From the NCBI GenBank assembly GCA_050257015.1, contig JBLMWC010000012.1:2712-66711 (forward strand): a DNA stretch of 64,000 nt. Reading direction: 5' to 3'. This DNA comes from Bacillota bacterium. Its GTDB lineage: Bacteria > Gemmatimonadota > Gemmatimonadetes > Gemmatimonadales > GWC2-71-9. The stretch's first letter is position 1. Every line of letters starts with the position of its first letter. The position numbers and the translations under genes were made by a program. Below, piece after piece: positions 45,648 through 54,859 of this stretch. The notes beneath the pieces were generated by a model, which was given only the letters and a program-made list of their open reading frames with translations, was not told the DNA's origin and did no database searches.

Positions 45648-47360
45648 TCATCCCTGGGCGGGTCGGGCCGGCTTCGGCTTCGGCTGCTTCGGCTGGACCG
45701 CGGGAATCCGGCGGAGCCGCTCCTTGGCCAGCAGCCACTGCTGCGGGATGCTCGCGATGTTGCTCACCGCGTAGTACAGGTTGAGGCCCGAGGCGAAGTT
45801 GATGAAGATGACGGTCATGAAGACCGGCATGATGTAGGTCGTCATCTTCATCTGGGGATTCGTCTCCATCCCCATCTGTCCCACCTTGCTCAACACGTAC
45901 ATGGACAGACCCATGACGATCGGCAGGATGTAGAACGGATCCTTGCTCGCGAGGTCGGGCAGCCACAGGAACGACGCGCCGCGCAGCTCGATGCTGTACT
46001 GGAAGACGAAGAAGAGCGCCAGCAGGACCGGCATCGGCAGGAGCATCGGCCAGCAGCCGCCCATCGGATTGACGTGATGCTCCTTGTACAGCCGGAACAT
46101 CTCCTCCTGCTGCTTCTTGGGGTCGTCCTTGTAGCGCTCCTGGGCCGCCTTCACCAGCGGCTGCACCGCCTGGAGCTGCATGTTGGCGCGCATCGCCTTC
46201 TGGTTGAGCGGCCACAGCAGGACCCGCACCATGATGCCGAACAGGATGAGCCCGACCCCGTAGGCCAGGCCGAGCTTCTCGTGCATCGCCACGAGCAGCC
46301 AGCGCACCGGCACCGCGAAGAAGCGGATCGCCGTCCGGAAGCCCGGCCAGCCGTACGGATTGACGTCGTCGAATTCGTGTCCGATCGCCGCGAGCCGCGG
46401 ATGCTCCATGGGCCCGGCGTAGAGCGAGTACTGGATGTTCCCGACTGACGTGACCGGCAGACTGGCCCGCACCTCCGCCTGCGCGGTCCGCTTGGGGGCA
46501 TTGGCGGGGGCGAGCGCGGTCACGCCGCTGATGCGGCCGGTCGTCGAGGTCGAGTCGTACGCGAAGAGGCCGACCACGAAGTACTTCGACTTGACCGCCA
46601 CCCACTCGAAGGGCCCGCTCGCCACCGACGGCACCCCCGCCTTGAGCCCGGAGAAGTCGTGACGGTGCGCCTCGGTGTCCTTCACCACGAACGCGTAGGC
46701 GTGCACGTTCCCCGCCGAATCGGCCTCGGCGTTGTTGAGGCCGTCGCCGAGATCGACGAGCAGGAGGCCGCCGTTGGGGCCGAGGCCGGCGATGTGGCCG
46801 GACACATCGACGCGGTAGCTGTCGGTGAAGGTGTAGGTGAGGGAGACGGTATAGCCGCCCTGCGACCCCGTGAGGGTGAGCGGCGTCGGTCCCGAGACCC
46901 TGAGCGACGTGGCCGAGGGGGTGAAGTTCCAGTCGCGGAGCCGGACGGTGTCGCCGCCGGTGACGAGCGCCAGGCCGAGCACTTCGGCGCCGCTTCGGAT
47001 GAGCTCGACCGGCTGATGCCGGGAGGCGGCCGCGAGCGACTGATAGCGGTTGAGCCGTGCGGATACGATACGGCCACCGCGGCTGCTCACGGTATACGTG
47101 TAGAGATCCGACGTCACGGTGATGTTCGTCGGTGGGGCCATGGTGTCGGCCGGCTGTGCCGCAGCGGTATCCGCTGCGCCGCGGGTGACGGTCGAGTCGG
47201 CCGGCACGGAGCGCGCTGTCCGGGCAGCAGTATCCGGAGTGGCGACCGGGCTTCCGGCGGCGGGCGTGACCGGCGGGCGGGCGTTCCGCTTGATGAAGAA
47301 GGCCGGCGCGATGGCGATTGCCATCATCAGGAGGATCGCCCAGAGGGTACGACGTTCCAT
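45648..47360 (-). CDS. yidC: Membrane protein insertase YidC
   Basis: 570 aa with an N-terminal TM helix, a large periplasmic domain, and a C-terminal conserved core ..[41 protein letters not shown].. Confidence 0.93.
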   Translation of the reverse strand: MERRTLWAILLMMAIAIAPAFFIKRNARPPVTPAAGSPVATPDTAARTARSVPADSTVTRGAADTAAAQPADTMAPPTNITVTSDLYTYTVSSRGGRIVSARLNRYQSLAAASRHQPVELIRSGAEVLGLALVTGGDTVRLRDWNFTPSATSLRVSGPTPLTLTGSQGGYTVSLTYTFTDSYRVDVSGHIAGLGPNGGLLLVDLGDGLNNAEADSAGNVHAYAFVVKDTEAHRHDFSGLKAGVPSVASGPFEWVAVKSKYFVVGLFAYDSTSTTGRISGVTALAPANAPKRTAQAEVRASLPVTSVGNIQYSLYAGPMEHPRLAAIGHEFDDVNPYGWPGFRTAIRFFAVPVRWLLVAMHEKLGLAYGVGLILFGIMVRVLLWPLNQKAMRANMQLQAVQPLVKAAQERYKDDPKKQQEEMFRLYKEHHVNPMGGCWPMLLPMPVLLALFFVFQYSIELRGASFLWLPDLASKDPFYILPIVMGLSMYVLSKVGQMGMETNPQMKMTTYIMPVFMTVIFINFASGLNLYYAVSNIASIPQQWLLAKERLRRIPAVQPKQPKPKPARPAQG

Positions 47361-47380
47361 GGTCTCTCTAGATCAGGACA

Positions 47381-47611
47381 TCAGGGGACGGGATCGACGC
47401 CGCCCGGATTGAACGGATGGCATCGCATGAGTCGGCGCGCGGCGAGCCACGACCCGCGGAGCGCGCCGTGGCGGGTGATCGCTTCGAGCGCGTAGGCGGA
47501 GCAGGACGGCGTGAACCGGCACGAGGGCGGGAGTGCCGGCGAGATGAATCGCTGGTAGCCGCGAATGGGGAGCGCGAGAATCTGTCGGGGAAGCCGTCCG
47601 AATGGCACCAT
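47381..47611 (-). CDS. yidD: Membrane protein insertion efficiency factor YidD
   Basis: [48 protein letters not shown] prefer ATG 47611 over the track start 47641, which would overlap rnpA. Confidence 0.9.
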   Translation of the reverse strand: MVPFGRLPRQILALPIRGYQRFISPALPPSCRFTPSCSAYALEAITRHGALRGSWLAARRLMRCHPFNPGGVDPVP

Positions 47612-47615
47612 GCGG

Positions 47616-47969
47616 TCACTCAGCGGCCAGTGTCGCGTCACGCCAGCCGACGATCTGCCGGCGCAGAGAATTGAACGGCGCCGCGTAGGCCTCGCGGCGT
47701 GCGCGAATCACGAGATCCCACGCCGGCTGATGGGGCTGCACATCCCGGCGCCAGATCTCCTTCAGCCGCCTCCGCAAACGATTGCGGGCCACCGCGCTGG
47801 ACTGGAACTTGGGTACGATCAGTCCCATGCGCGGGTGGCCCGTTGTGTTGTCGACCCAGATCATGTCGAGATGCTCGGTCCTGCGGCGCCGACCGTTGTT
47901 CAGGCACCGGCGGATGTCGGACGCCCGCGCGAGCCGGCTGGCTCGCGTGTGGCGCTCCGATGGCGTCAG
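47616..47969 (-). CDS. rnpA: Ribonuclease P protein component
   Basis: ..[30 protein letters not shown].. is the RnpA RNR motif. There is no ATG, GTG or TTG between the rpmH stop and the conserved N-terminal region. The only in-frame start-like codon is CTG 47969, which overlaps the rpmH TGA. The start is uncertain. Confidence 0.8.
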   Translation of the reverse strand: MTPSERHTRASRLARASDIRRCLNNGRRRRTEHLDMIWVDNTTGHPRMGLIVPKFQSSAVARNRLRRRLKEIWRRDVQPHQPAWDLVIRARREAYAAPFNSLRRQIVGWRDATLAAE

Positions 47970-48127
47970 GAACCCCCGTGCTTCGACGGGATCGAGACGA
48001 CGAGCTGCTTGCGGCCCTTCTTGCGGCGGCGCGACAGCACCGCGCGGCCCCAGCGCGTGGCCATGCGGGCGCGGAATCCATGCTTGGCGATCCGGCGCTT
48101 GTTGCGCGGACGATACGACGGCTTCAT
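47966..48127 (-). CDS. rpmH: 50S ribosomal protein L34
   Basis: Not in the track because it is under 60 aa. My translation is [53 protein letters not shown], a canonical L34 core. It sits immediately upstream of rnpA. Confidence 0.93.
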   Translation of the reverse strand: MKPSYRPRNKRRIAKHGFRARMATRWGRAVLSRRRKKGRKQLVVSIPSKHGGS

Positions 48128-48334
48128 TGGTCACGGCTCCTGAAGTAAGCCCGGAAACGTAGCGGGGGTGCGGTACCCGGTCAAGCCGCGCCCTGCCTCA
48201 TTGCGAGGCGGCAGCGCCGCCGCGGCAATCGCGTCGCCTTCGCCGAATCCCCGCGCTCGCAGCGCTCGCATGCCTGTCCCCTGCACGCCTCTCAACGTTC
48301 TGTCAACCCAGCCGCGTGTCCATTTTCCGCCCAT

Positions 48335-48363
48335 TTGACTTTTCCACACCGCGCTCGTAACAT
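48335..48363 (+). promoter_or_regulatory. Candidate sigma70-type dnaA promoter with a DnaA box in the spacer
   Basis: TTGACT (48335-48340), 17-nt spacer, TAACAT (48358-48363), about 40 nt upstream of the dnaA ATG. TTTTCCACA (48340-48348) matches 8/9 of the TTATCCACA consensus. Confidence 0.45.
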
Positions 48364-48404
48364 CGTCTGCCCTTGGATCACCCCTACCGATTTTCAGAGT
48401 GTAG

Positions 48405-49781
48405 ATGCAGCTGTCCGCAAAAGAAGTATGGAAGCGCATCCTGGATGAGGCGCATCGCGAACTTCCAGCTCATACGATCCGGACCTGGCTCGAGCCCACC
48501 GAGGCAATCGCGCTCGATGAGGGCCGCCTGATCGTCGGCGCGCCCGACCAGTTCGCCGTTGAGTGGAATGAATCAAAGCACGCCGCCCTCCTGTCGCGCC
48601 TCGCCCGGCCCGTGCTCGGCGAGGAGACGACCGTGGTCTTCCGCGTCCAGGAAGACCGCCAGAAGCGGCCGCAGATGGACTTCTTCGTCGCGCCGACCGC
48701 CCCGGCGCAGCCGGCGCCCGTCAATCCCAGCACCCAGCCGCTCAACGAGCGCTACACCTTCGACACCTTCGTCATCGGCAAGTCGAACGAGCTCGCCGCC
48801 GCCGCCGCGCACGCCGCCGCCGAGACGCCGGGCAAGACCTACAACCCGCTCTTCATCTACGGCGCCACCGGGCTGGGCAAGACCCACCTGATGCAGGCGA
48901 TCGCCCACGCCGTCTGCCAGAACAATCCCGGCACCCGCGTGCTCTACGTCGGCGCCGAGCAGTTCATCAACGAGGTCATCGAGAGCATCCACGGCCGGAC
49001 GATGCCGGAATTCCGGCGCCGCTACCGCACCGACGTGGACCTCTTCCTGGTGGACGACGTCCATTTCCTTGAAGGCAAGGAAATGACCCAGGAGGAGTTC
49101 TTCCACACCTTCAACGCGTTGTACGAGGCCAACAAGCAGATCGTCCTGACCTCGGACCGCCCGCCCAAGGAGATCCCGGGCCTCGAGTCCCGCCTGGTGA
49201 GCCGCTTCGAGTGGGGCATGGTGGCCGACATCGGCCAGCCGGATCTCGAGCACCGGATCGCCATCCTGCGCAAGAAGCAGGAGCAGGACCACCTGGAGAC
49301 CACGATCCCCGACGATGTGCTCCGCTTCATCGCCGAGCACGTGCGTTCGAGCGTGCGCGAGCTGGAGGGGTGCATCATCAAGCTCCTGCTCTTCGCCTCG
49401 CTCAAGCACCGCGAGATCTCGATCGAGCTGGCGCGCGAGGCGCTCTCCGACAAGATCAGGCCCGGCGAGGACTTGAACGAGCCCAAGCCGCTGCCCACGA
49501 TCCACAAGGTGCAGGAGGTCGTCGCCCGCCGCTGGGGCGTCACGCCGGAGGGGCTCCGCAGCAAGGCGCGCATCAAGACACTGACCGTGCCGCGCCAGAT
49601 CGCCATGTACCTCGCGCGCGAGCTCCTGCAGATGCAGCTCGTCGAGATCGGGCAGGCGTTCGGCGGCCGTGACCACTCGACCGTGATTCACAGCGTCGAC
49701 AAGGTCCAGCAGCAGATCGCGCGCGACCGCGCCTTCCGCGACCGCATCGATCACGCGCGCCAGGAGCTCTGCGCGCAGTAA
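48405..49781 (+). CDS. dnaA: Chromosomal replication initiator protein DnaA
   Basis: NPLFIYGATGLGKTHLMQAI (Walker A), LLVDDVHFLEGKE, the SSVRELEG sensor, and the C-terminal DNA-binding QIAMYLARELL..IGQAFGGRDHSTVIH. Confidence 0.97.
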   Translation: MQLSAKEVWKRILDEAHRELPAHTIRTWLEPTEAIALDEGRLIVGAPDQFAVEWNESKHAALLSRLARPVLGEETTVVFRVQEDRQKRPQMDFFVAPTAPAQPAPVNPSTQPLNERYTFDTFVIGKSNELAAAAAHAAAETPGKTYNPLFIYGATGLGKTHLMQAIAHAVCQNNPGTRVLYVGAEQFINEVIESIHGRTMPEFRRRYRTDVDLFLVDDVHFLEGKEMTQEEFFHTFNALYEANKQIVLTSDRPPKEIPGLESRLVSRFEWGMVADIGQPDLEHRIAILRKKQEQDHLETTIPDDVLRFIAEHVRSSVRELEGCIIKLLLFASLKHREISIELAREALSDKIRPGEDLNEPKPLPTIHKVQEVVARRWGVTPEGLRSKARIKTLTVPRQIAMYLARELLQMQLVEIGQAFGGRDHSTVIHSVDKVQQQIARDRAFRDRIDHARQELCAQ

Positions 49782-50024
49782 TCCAGATGATCATCCACGC
49801 GGTGGAATGATCCATTGTGGGTTTTATGGAAACGAGTGGAGAGGCGGGAAGAAACCGGGTACTCTTCCGCATCCCACACAACGTTTAGACAGGGCGGGAA
49901 TCGGGTAACGCGTTCGGGTAAGAGTCGATTGCGGCGCCGGTCCACATTTCCAGACCCTCTACTGCTACTGCTAGTTATTTAAATTGAATGAGTAGTATCT
50001 GTTTCTAGCGTCCCGAGGAGACCG
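49782..50024. other. Candidate oriC core (dnaA-dnaN spacer): degenerate DnaA boxes, DnaA-trio-like repeats, AT-rich unwinding element
   Basis: TCATCCACG (49791-49799, 7/9). TCCAC(A)-core elements at 49802-49806 (reverse), 49871-49878 and 49940-49946. CTACTGCTACTGCTAGTTATT (49959-49979) has a 3-nt periodicity. 49971-50008 is about a quarter G+C in a genome that is otherwise very GC-rich. Confidence 0.55.
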
Positions 50025-51140
50025 ATGAAGTTCACGATCACGCGGGAACAGTTGCAGGAAGGACTCGTTGCCGTCGCGGCCAGCGTGCCGACGAAAACGA
50101 CCCTTCCCGTGCTGTCCAACATCCTGCTCGAGGCCACGCGGGACGGCATCCGGCTCTCCGGCACCGATCTCGACATCGCCGTGAGCACGACGGTGAACGC
50201 GTCGGTGGACCAGGAGGGTGCCATCACCCTCCCGGCCCGAAAGCTGGTGGAGATCATCCGTGAGCTCCCCAGCGCCGCCATCCGGGTGACCGCCTCGGGC
50301 GAGCAGCGCGTGACGATCGAGTGCGGTCGGTCGAAGTTCAAGCTCCTGGGATTGCCGCGCGAGGAGTTCCCCGCCTTTCCCGCCGTCAAGTTCGACAGCT
50401 CCTGGCGCACCTCCTCGGGTGATCTCCAGAAGCTCATCGGCCACGTCGCCTTCGCGGCGAGCACCGAGGAGAGTCGCCCGATCCTCAACGGGGTCCTCTG
50501 GGAGCTCCGCCCGGAGCGGATGCGGATGGTCGCCACCAACGGGCATCGGCTCGCCCGGATGGACGTCCCCTCCGCCGCGACCGGCGGTTCCAGCCAGGCC
50601 GACCTCATCGTGCCGCCCAAGGCGCTCGAGCAGATTCGCCGGCTCTTCGGCCCGGAGGAGCAGGTCGAGATCGCCCGCAGCGAGAATCACCTCGGCTTCC
50701 GGTCGGAGAAGACCCAGATCTTCACCCGCCTGATCGAGGGGCCCTACCCGAACTACGAGCAGGTGATCCCGCGCGACAACGACAAGACCGCCACCGCCGA
50801 CAAGGCGGCGCTCACGAGCGCGCTCCGCCGCATGAGCATCGTCGCGAGCGACCAGACCCACCGGATCCGGATGGCCTTCGCCAACGGCTCCTGCAAGCTC
50901 TCGGTTCAGACCCCCGATCTGGGTGAAGCGCAGGAGGAGGTCACCGTCAGCTATGACGGCGAGCCGCTGGAGATCGGGTTCAATGCGTCGTACATGCTCG
51001 AGATCCTCAAGTACATGCCGACCGATGAGGTCAAGATGACCTTCAAGGCCCCCGAGCGCGCTGCGACCTGCGAGCCGGTGGGCTGGAACGACCCGGCGAG
51101 CTTCCTCACGCTGGTGATGCCGCTCCGGCTGGTGGACTGA
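50025..51140 (+). CDS. dnaN: DNA polymerase III subunit beta (sliding clamp)
   Basis: MKFTITREQLQEGL..LPVLSNILLEA..LSGTDLDIA..; 371 aa. GAGGAG precedes the ATG. Confidence 0.95.
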   Translation: MKFTITREQLQEGLVAVAASVPTKTTLPVLSNILLEATRDGIRLSGTDLDIAVSTTVNASVDQEGAITLPARKLVEIIRELPSAAIRVTASGEQRVTIECGRSKFKLLGLPREEFPAFPAVKFDSSWRTSSGDLQKLIGHVAFAASTEESRPILNGVLWELRPERMRMVATNGHRLARMDVPSAATGGSSQADLIVPPKALEQIRRLFGPEEQVEIARSENHLGFRSEKTQIFTRLIEGPYPNYEQVIPRDNDKTATADKAALTSALRRMSIVASDQTHRIRMAFANGSCKLSVQTPDLGEAQEEVTVSYDGEPLEIGFNASYMLEILKYMPTDEVKMTFKAPERAATCEPVGWNDPASFLTLVMPLRLVD

Positions 51141-51235
51141 GCCCGAAAACGTCGTCTGCGTCACAGCGGCGGTGCCTCCCGCGTCGCATTTTGGGTAGCT
51201 ATCGCGACCGGATTTCAGCAACTGGAGGCAGCCAT

Positions 51236-51811
51236 ATGGTGAAACGTCAAACGGATATGGACTCGTTACCCCTCGCCGAGTCGTCCGGCGCCGGCGCAGG
51301 CAGCGTCGTGGTCACCGCGGTCGTCGCCGCGGCGGTGGGGGCCGGTGTGGCACTCCTCTTCGCGCCTGAAAAGGGCAGCAAGACCCGGAAGCGCCTCGGC
51401 AAGCGCATGCGGAAGCTGGAGTTGTCGAAGCAGCTCGAGGAGCTGGAGCTGGGCAAGCGTGCGGCGATGCTGGGTACCGGCGCCGCCGGTGGCTGGAAGC
51501 GGTTCCGGAAGGAGAGCGCTCGCCGGCTCGATCCCGAGCCCCGGAGCGGGATGGACAAGCCGCTCTACGCGCTGCTCGGCACTCTGGCCGGCGCCGCGGT
51601 GGCGGTGCTCCTCGCGCCGGACAGCGGCACCGAGACCCGGCAACGCCTTGGCAGCAAGCTCAAGGAGATGAAGGACGACGCCTCGATCCGCTGGCAGGAG
51701 CACCGGGCCGGTCGCCGCGCCGCCGCCGAAACCGGCAACGGTTCCGCCGATCGTGACCGCAACGTTCGCTCCGTCCAGGAGCTCGGCCGCGAGGGCAGCG
51801 AGGTCTTCTAG
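51236..51811 (+). CDS. YtxH-domain protein with two YtxH-like motifs
   Basis: GVALLFAPEKGSKTRKRL and AVAVLLAPDSGTETRQRL each follow a hydrophobic helix. ATG 51236 has GGAGG 7 nt upstream. The track start is TTG 51191. Confidence 0.7.
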   Translation: MVKRQTDMDSLPLAESSGAGAGSVVVTAVVAAAVGAGVALLFAPEKGSKTRKRLGKRMRKLELSKQLEELELGKRAAMLGTGAAGGWKRFRKESARRLDPEPRSGMDKPLYALLGTLAGAAVAVLLAPDSGTETRQRLGSKLKEMKDDASIRWQEHRAGRRAAAETGNGSADRDRNVRSVQELGREGSEVF

Positions 51812-51815
51812 TCGC

Positions 51816-52691
51816 TCAGGGATCCTGCCGCACGGTATCGGGCGGCAGGGTCTCGATCGGCGCTCGCAGTGAATCCAGCAGGGAGTCCACCGACGGAGTG
51901 TGCGAGATGCTCTCCGCCACCTCCGGCTTTTCCTCCTCCACCACCTTCGGAATCTCGATCCGCTCACCCTGCATCCGTCGCAGGATGAGACTCTGCCGCC
52001 AGCGCATCCGGCCCGGCCGGAGCGCGGGGTTCGACGCGAGCGGGAAAGGCAGCGTCCCCGCCAGCGCCGCAGCCTGCGCCCGCGTGAGCGTCGCGGCGGG
52101 CCGGCTGTAATAGCGCTCGCTCGCCGCGTCCGCTCCCCAGACGCCGTCCCCCATCTCGACGACGTTCAGGTACAGCTCGAGAATCCGCCGCTTGTCCAGC
52201 GCGCCCTCCAGGCGGAATGCCGTCACCGCCTCCTTCAGCTTTCGCAGCGGATTCCGCGAGGGCGAGAGGTAGAGATTCTTGGCCAGCTGCTGGGTGATCG
52301 TGCTGGCGCCGCGGAGCGCATCCCGTCGGCGCCAGGCGCGTCCGAGGGAGCGGGTCGCCTCGAAGAGATCCCGTGGTGACGCCCAGGAGAATTCCGGACG
52401 GCGATATCCCACCGCACGCCGCATCTCGACGAAATCGATTCCGGGATGAGTCCAGAACCGGTTGTCCTCGCCGATGAGGACGGCCTGCACCAGGAATGGC
52501 GAGATCGAATCGAGGGGGACCGGCCGGTACGAGACGGTGTGCGACCCGCCCTCCCGGTGGGCCCGCATCGCCATGAACGCCGTCTCGGCCGGCCAGTGCG
52601 AGCGGTACCAGAGCGGCGGGGGCCACACGGCGAACAGCCACAGCACGAGGAGCGCTGTGGCTGTGCCGATCGCGAGCAGGAATCGCTTCAC
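51816..52691 (-). CDS. mtgA: Monofunctional biosynthetic peptidoglycan transglycosylase (GT51)
   Basis: IGEDNRFWTHPGIDF, GASTITQQLAKNLYLS and RKLKEAVTAFRLE motifs, with an N-terminal TM anchor. Confidence 0.88.
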   Translation of the reverse strand: MKRFLLAIGTATALLVLWLFAVWPPPLWYRSHWPAETAFMAMRAHREGGSHTVSYRPVPLDSISPFLVQAVLIGEDNRFWTHPGIDFVEMRRAVGYRRPEFSWASPRDLFEATRSLGRAWRRRDALRGASTITQQLAKNLYLSPSRNPLRKLKEAVTAFRLEGALDKRRILELYLNVVEMGDGVWGADAASERYYSRPAATLTRAQAAALAGTLPFPLASNPALRPGRMRWRQSLILRRMQGERIEIPKVVEEEKPEVAESISHTPSVDSLLDSLRAPIETLPPDTVRQDP

Positions 52692-52701
52692 GGCGATTCG
52701 A

Positions 52702-53583
52702 TCAGTGCCGGGCCGCCGCGAGCATCAGGCTGAATGTGGCGGTCTGCTTGACCGGCAGCGACTGCCCCACCGCCGGAATCGTGAGGGTCATGTCGCTCGA
52801 CTCCACCCCGCTGGTCTCCGCGACCACCCCATCGGGCCGGAGCCGGCTGGTGAGATGACGCTTGCCGGTGGCCTGAACCTCGACCGCCTGGCCGAACTGG
52901 CTTCCCCCGCCGGTGCGGCTGAATGTGACGTCGCTCTCGATGCGGAGGCCGTTCCGACCGCTGCTCCGGACGGTATCCGCCACGGCACGCGAGGAGATCC
53001 GCGCGTCCTCCTTCACGTCGAACGCCATCGCGCGGATCGAGCTCTTCGCCGTGTCGGTCCAGGTTGCGCCCTCACGCGCGCCGCCGGCCGGGAGCGCCGG
53101 GAACAGCGCCGGCAGCATCCCGCGAAGCTGCTCGCCTACCGGGGTGGTGCGATCGCTCGTGAGTTCGGAGAAATGGCCGTCGGCGGACAGGGTACCGGTC
53201 CACCGCGTGCCTCGCGCGCTGTCCACCGCCAACATCGCGGCGCCCGGACCCTCGGCCACGAGCGAATCGAGCGTGATGGAGAGCGTCATCGGCGTGCCCG
53301 CCGCCGTGGCGACGGTGAGATAGGCGGTGCGGGAGAGCGTCTGCGTCTGCGGCAAGCCGTTCGGCAGCTGCACGTTGACCGTATCGTAGCGCTCGAGCAC
53401 GTAGGCGGTCGCCGCCATCGGCTGGTACACGACGGCCCCCCGGCGGACCGCCGGTGCCGCGGCGGCAGAGCCGGCTGTCCGGGACGCCGCCGGTGCCGGT
53501 CCCGCGGGAGCGTTGCTGGTGGACGAGGCGCAGCCCATGGCCGCGGCGCAGAGGGCCGCGGAAGCGAGTCGGGAGCGCATCAT
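52702..53583 (-). CDS. Lipoprotein of unknown function (paralog pair, member 1)
   Basis: Lipobox AAMGCASS. The sequence is beta-rich and Thr/Ser/Ala-rich. It shares ..G.TWTDT.. and the overall layout with the adjacent gene. Confidence 0.6.
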   Translation of the reverse strand: MMRSRLASAALCAAAMGCASSTSNAPAGPAPAASRTAGSAAAAPAVRRGAVVYQPMAATAYVLERYDTVNVQLPNGLPQTQTLSRTAYLTVATAAGTPMTLSITLDSLVAEGPGAAMLAVDSARGTRWTGTLSADGHFSELTSDRTTPVGEQLRGMLPALFPALPAGGAREGATWTDTAKSSIRAMAFDVKEDARISSRAVADTVRSSGRNGLRIESDVTFSRTGGGSQFGQAVEVQATGKRHLTSRLRPDGVVAETSGVESSDMTLTIPAVGQSLPVKQTATFSLMLAAARH

Positions 53584-53584
53584 C

Positions 53585-54355
53585 CTACTTGATCATCGTG
53601 ACGGAGAAGGTGCCCTTGATCGTCAGCGGAATCGGATCGGGCAGCTGCGGCGTCGTGAGTGCGAGGGTGGAGTTGGAGGTCGCGTTGGACGCGACGAGGC
53701 GGCCGTCGGGGGCCATGTAGTAGGTCGCGTTGGAGCTGCCGGTGCCCTCGATCGTGGCCCCCGCCTGCTGGCCGCTCAGCGCCGAGCTCGACGTGGCATC
53801 CACCTTGAGCGCCTTCACGCCGTCGCGCGTCTCGGTTCCGGTTGCCTTGTAGTTCGTGACCGTCCGGACGGTCATGCTGCCGTTCGGGATGTCGTTGGTC
53901 ACGTCGGTCGTGTCGGTCCACGTCGTGCCGACCTTGGTGCCCATCTTCACGCGCGGGGTCAGCGCCGAGATCAGCACGCTCATGCCGGCGGCCGCCTGGC
54001 CGTCCTTCATCGACTTGACGGTGGCCACCTTGCCGTGGTCGATGAAGGCGTGGAACGCCTGGCCGCGGAGGCTGTCGAGCGACGCCTTCACGTCCGGCGT
54101 AGTGGTCGAGTCGGCGATCGCCGAGTCCACCACGAAGTGGGCGATGCGGCCCGCCGCCGAGTCGGACAGCGTGATGGCCACGAACATCGAGGAGGAATTC
54201 CGCCGCTGCTGCTTGCCCTGCCCGGCCGCGGTGAGATCGACCTCCTGCTCGGTCATCTGCTGAATACGGTACTTCGTAGTAACCGGGCCGGAGACGGCGC
54301 CGGTGAAGAAGACGCCGGACGCCAGCGCCGCGAAGGTCAGTGCACGTGCCTGCAT
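53585..54355 (-). CDS. Secreted protein of unknown function (paralog pair, member 2)
   Basis: Signal peptide MQARALTFAALASGVFF. VGTTWTDTTDV parallels EGATWTDTAKS in the neighbour. ATG 54355 is preferred over TTG 54388. Its stop is 1 nt from the neighbour's start. Confidence 0.6.
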   Translation of the reverse strand: MQARALTFAALASGVFFTGAVSGPVTTKYRIQQMTEQEVDLTAAGQGKQQRRNSSSMFVAITLSDSAAGRIAHFVVDSAIADSTTTPDVKASLDSLRGQAFHAFIDHGKVATVKSMKDGQAAAGMSVLISALTPRVKMGTKVGTTWTDTTDVTNDIPNGSMTVRTVTNYKATGTETRDGVKALKVDATSSSALSGQQAGATIEGTGSSNATYYMAPDGRLVASNATSNSTLALTTPQLPDPIPLTIKGTFSVTMIK

Positions 54356-54426
54356 GGGGTGCCTCGTAGGGGTCGGAGTACTCGACAAGCCGTGAAAACT
54401 AGAGGGAGGGACAGGCGCGGGGAAGC

Positions 54427-54466
54427 GGACGGGCGGGCATGGGCTGAATGCCCACCCCGCCCGTCC
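54427..54466 (-). terminator. Strong hairpin at the 3' end of rnpB
   Basis: On the minus strand, GGACGGGCGGGGTGGGC-ATTCA-GCCCATGCCCGCCCGTCC forms a stem of about 17 bp. It is followed by GCTTCCCC, so there is no real U tract. Confidence 0.5.
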
Positions 54467-54850
54467 CTGGCCGAGCCGTAAGCCGAGTTCTGTTTCCCTT
54501 GCGGGAGATGGTCATCTGTCTGGGACGGCCGTCGCCGACCGCCTCGAGCAGCCTACCCGCGGCTTCCTCGTCCGCTTGCGCGTCCGGGTTGTCGGTGTGG
54601 GTCACACCTCGCCGCCTATTTGGCCTTGCTCCGACTGGGGGTTGCCGTGCCGCTTCTGTTGCCAGAAGCGCGGTGGGCTCTTACCCCACCGTTTCACCCT
54701 TACCACCCGGTTGCCCGGGGGCGGTTTGTTTTCTGTGGCCCTGTCCGTCGCCTTGCGGCGCCCAGGCGTTACCTGGCAGTCTACCCGATGGAGCTCGGAC
54801 TTTCCTCGAGTGCCTTGCGGCACCCGCGACCACCGCGCTCAACCAGTCCC
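54463..54850 (-). ncRNA. rnpB: RNase P RNA, bacterial type A
   Basis: The minus strand contains GAGGAAAGTCCGAGCTCC (CR-I), GGTAAGGGTGAAACGGTGGGGTAAGAGCCCACC (CR-II/III) and ACAGAACTCGGCTTAC (CR-V). P1 can form between CTGGTTGAGC (5') and GCTCGGCCAG (3'). The ends are accurate to about 5 nt. Confidence 0.92.
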
Positions 54851-54859
54851 GGAAGATAC

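Noticed and set aside
47616-48134. 172-aa RnpA with a long N-terminal extension
   Set aside because: The extension overlaps the bona fide rpmH gene in another frame and has no RnpA-like sequence.
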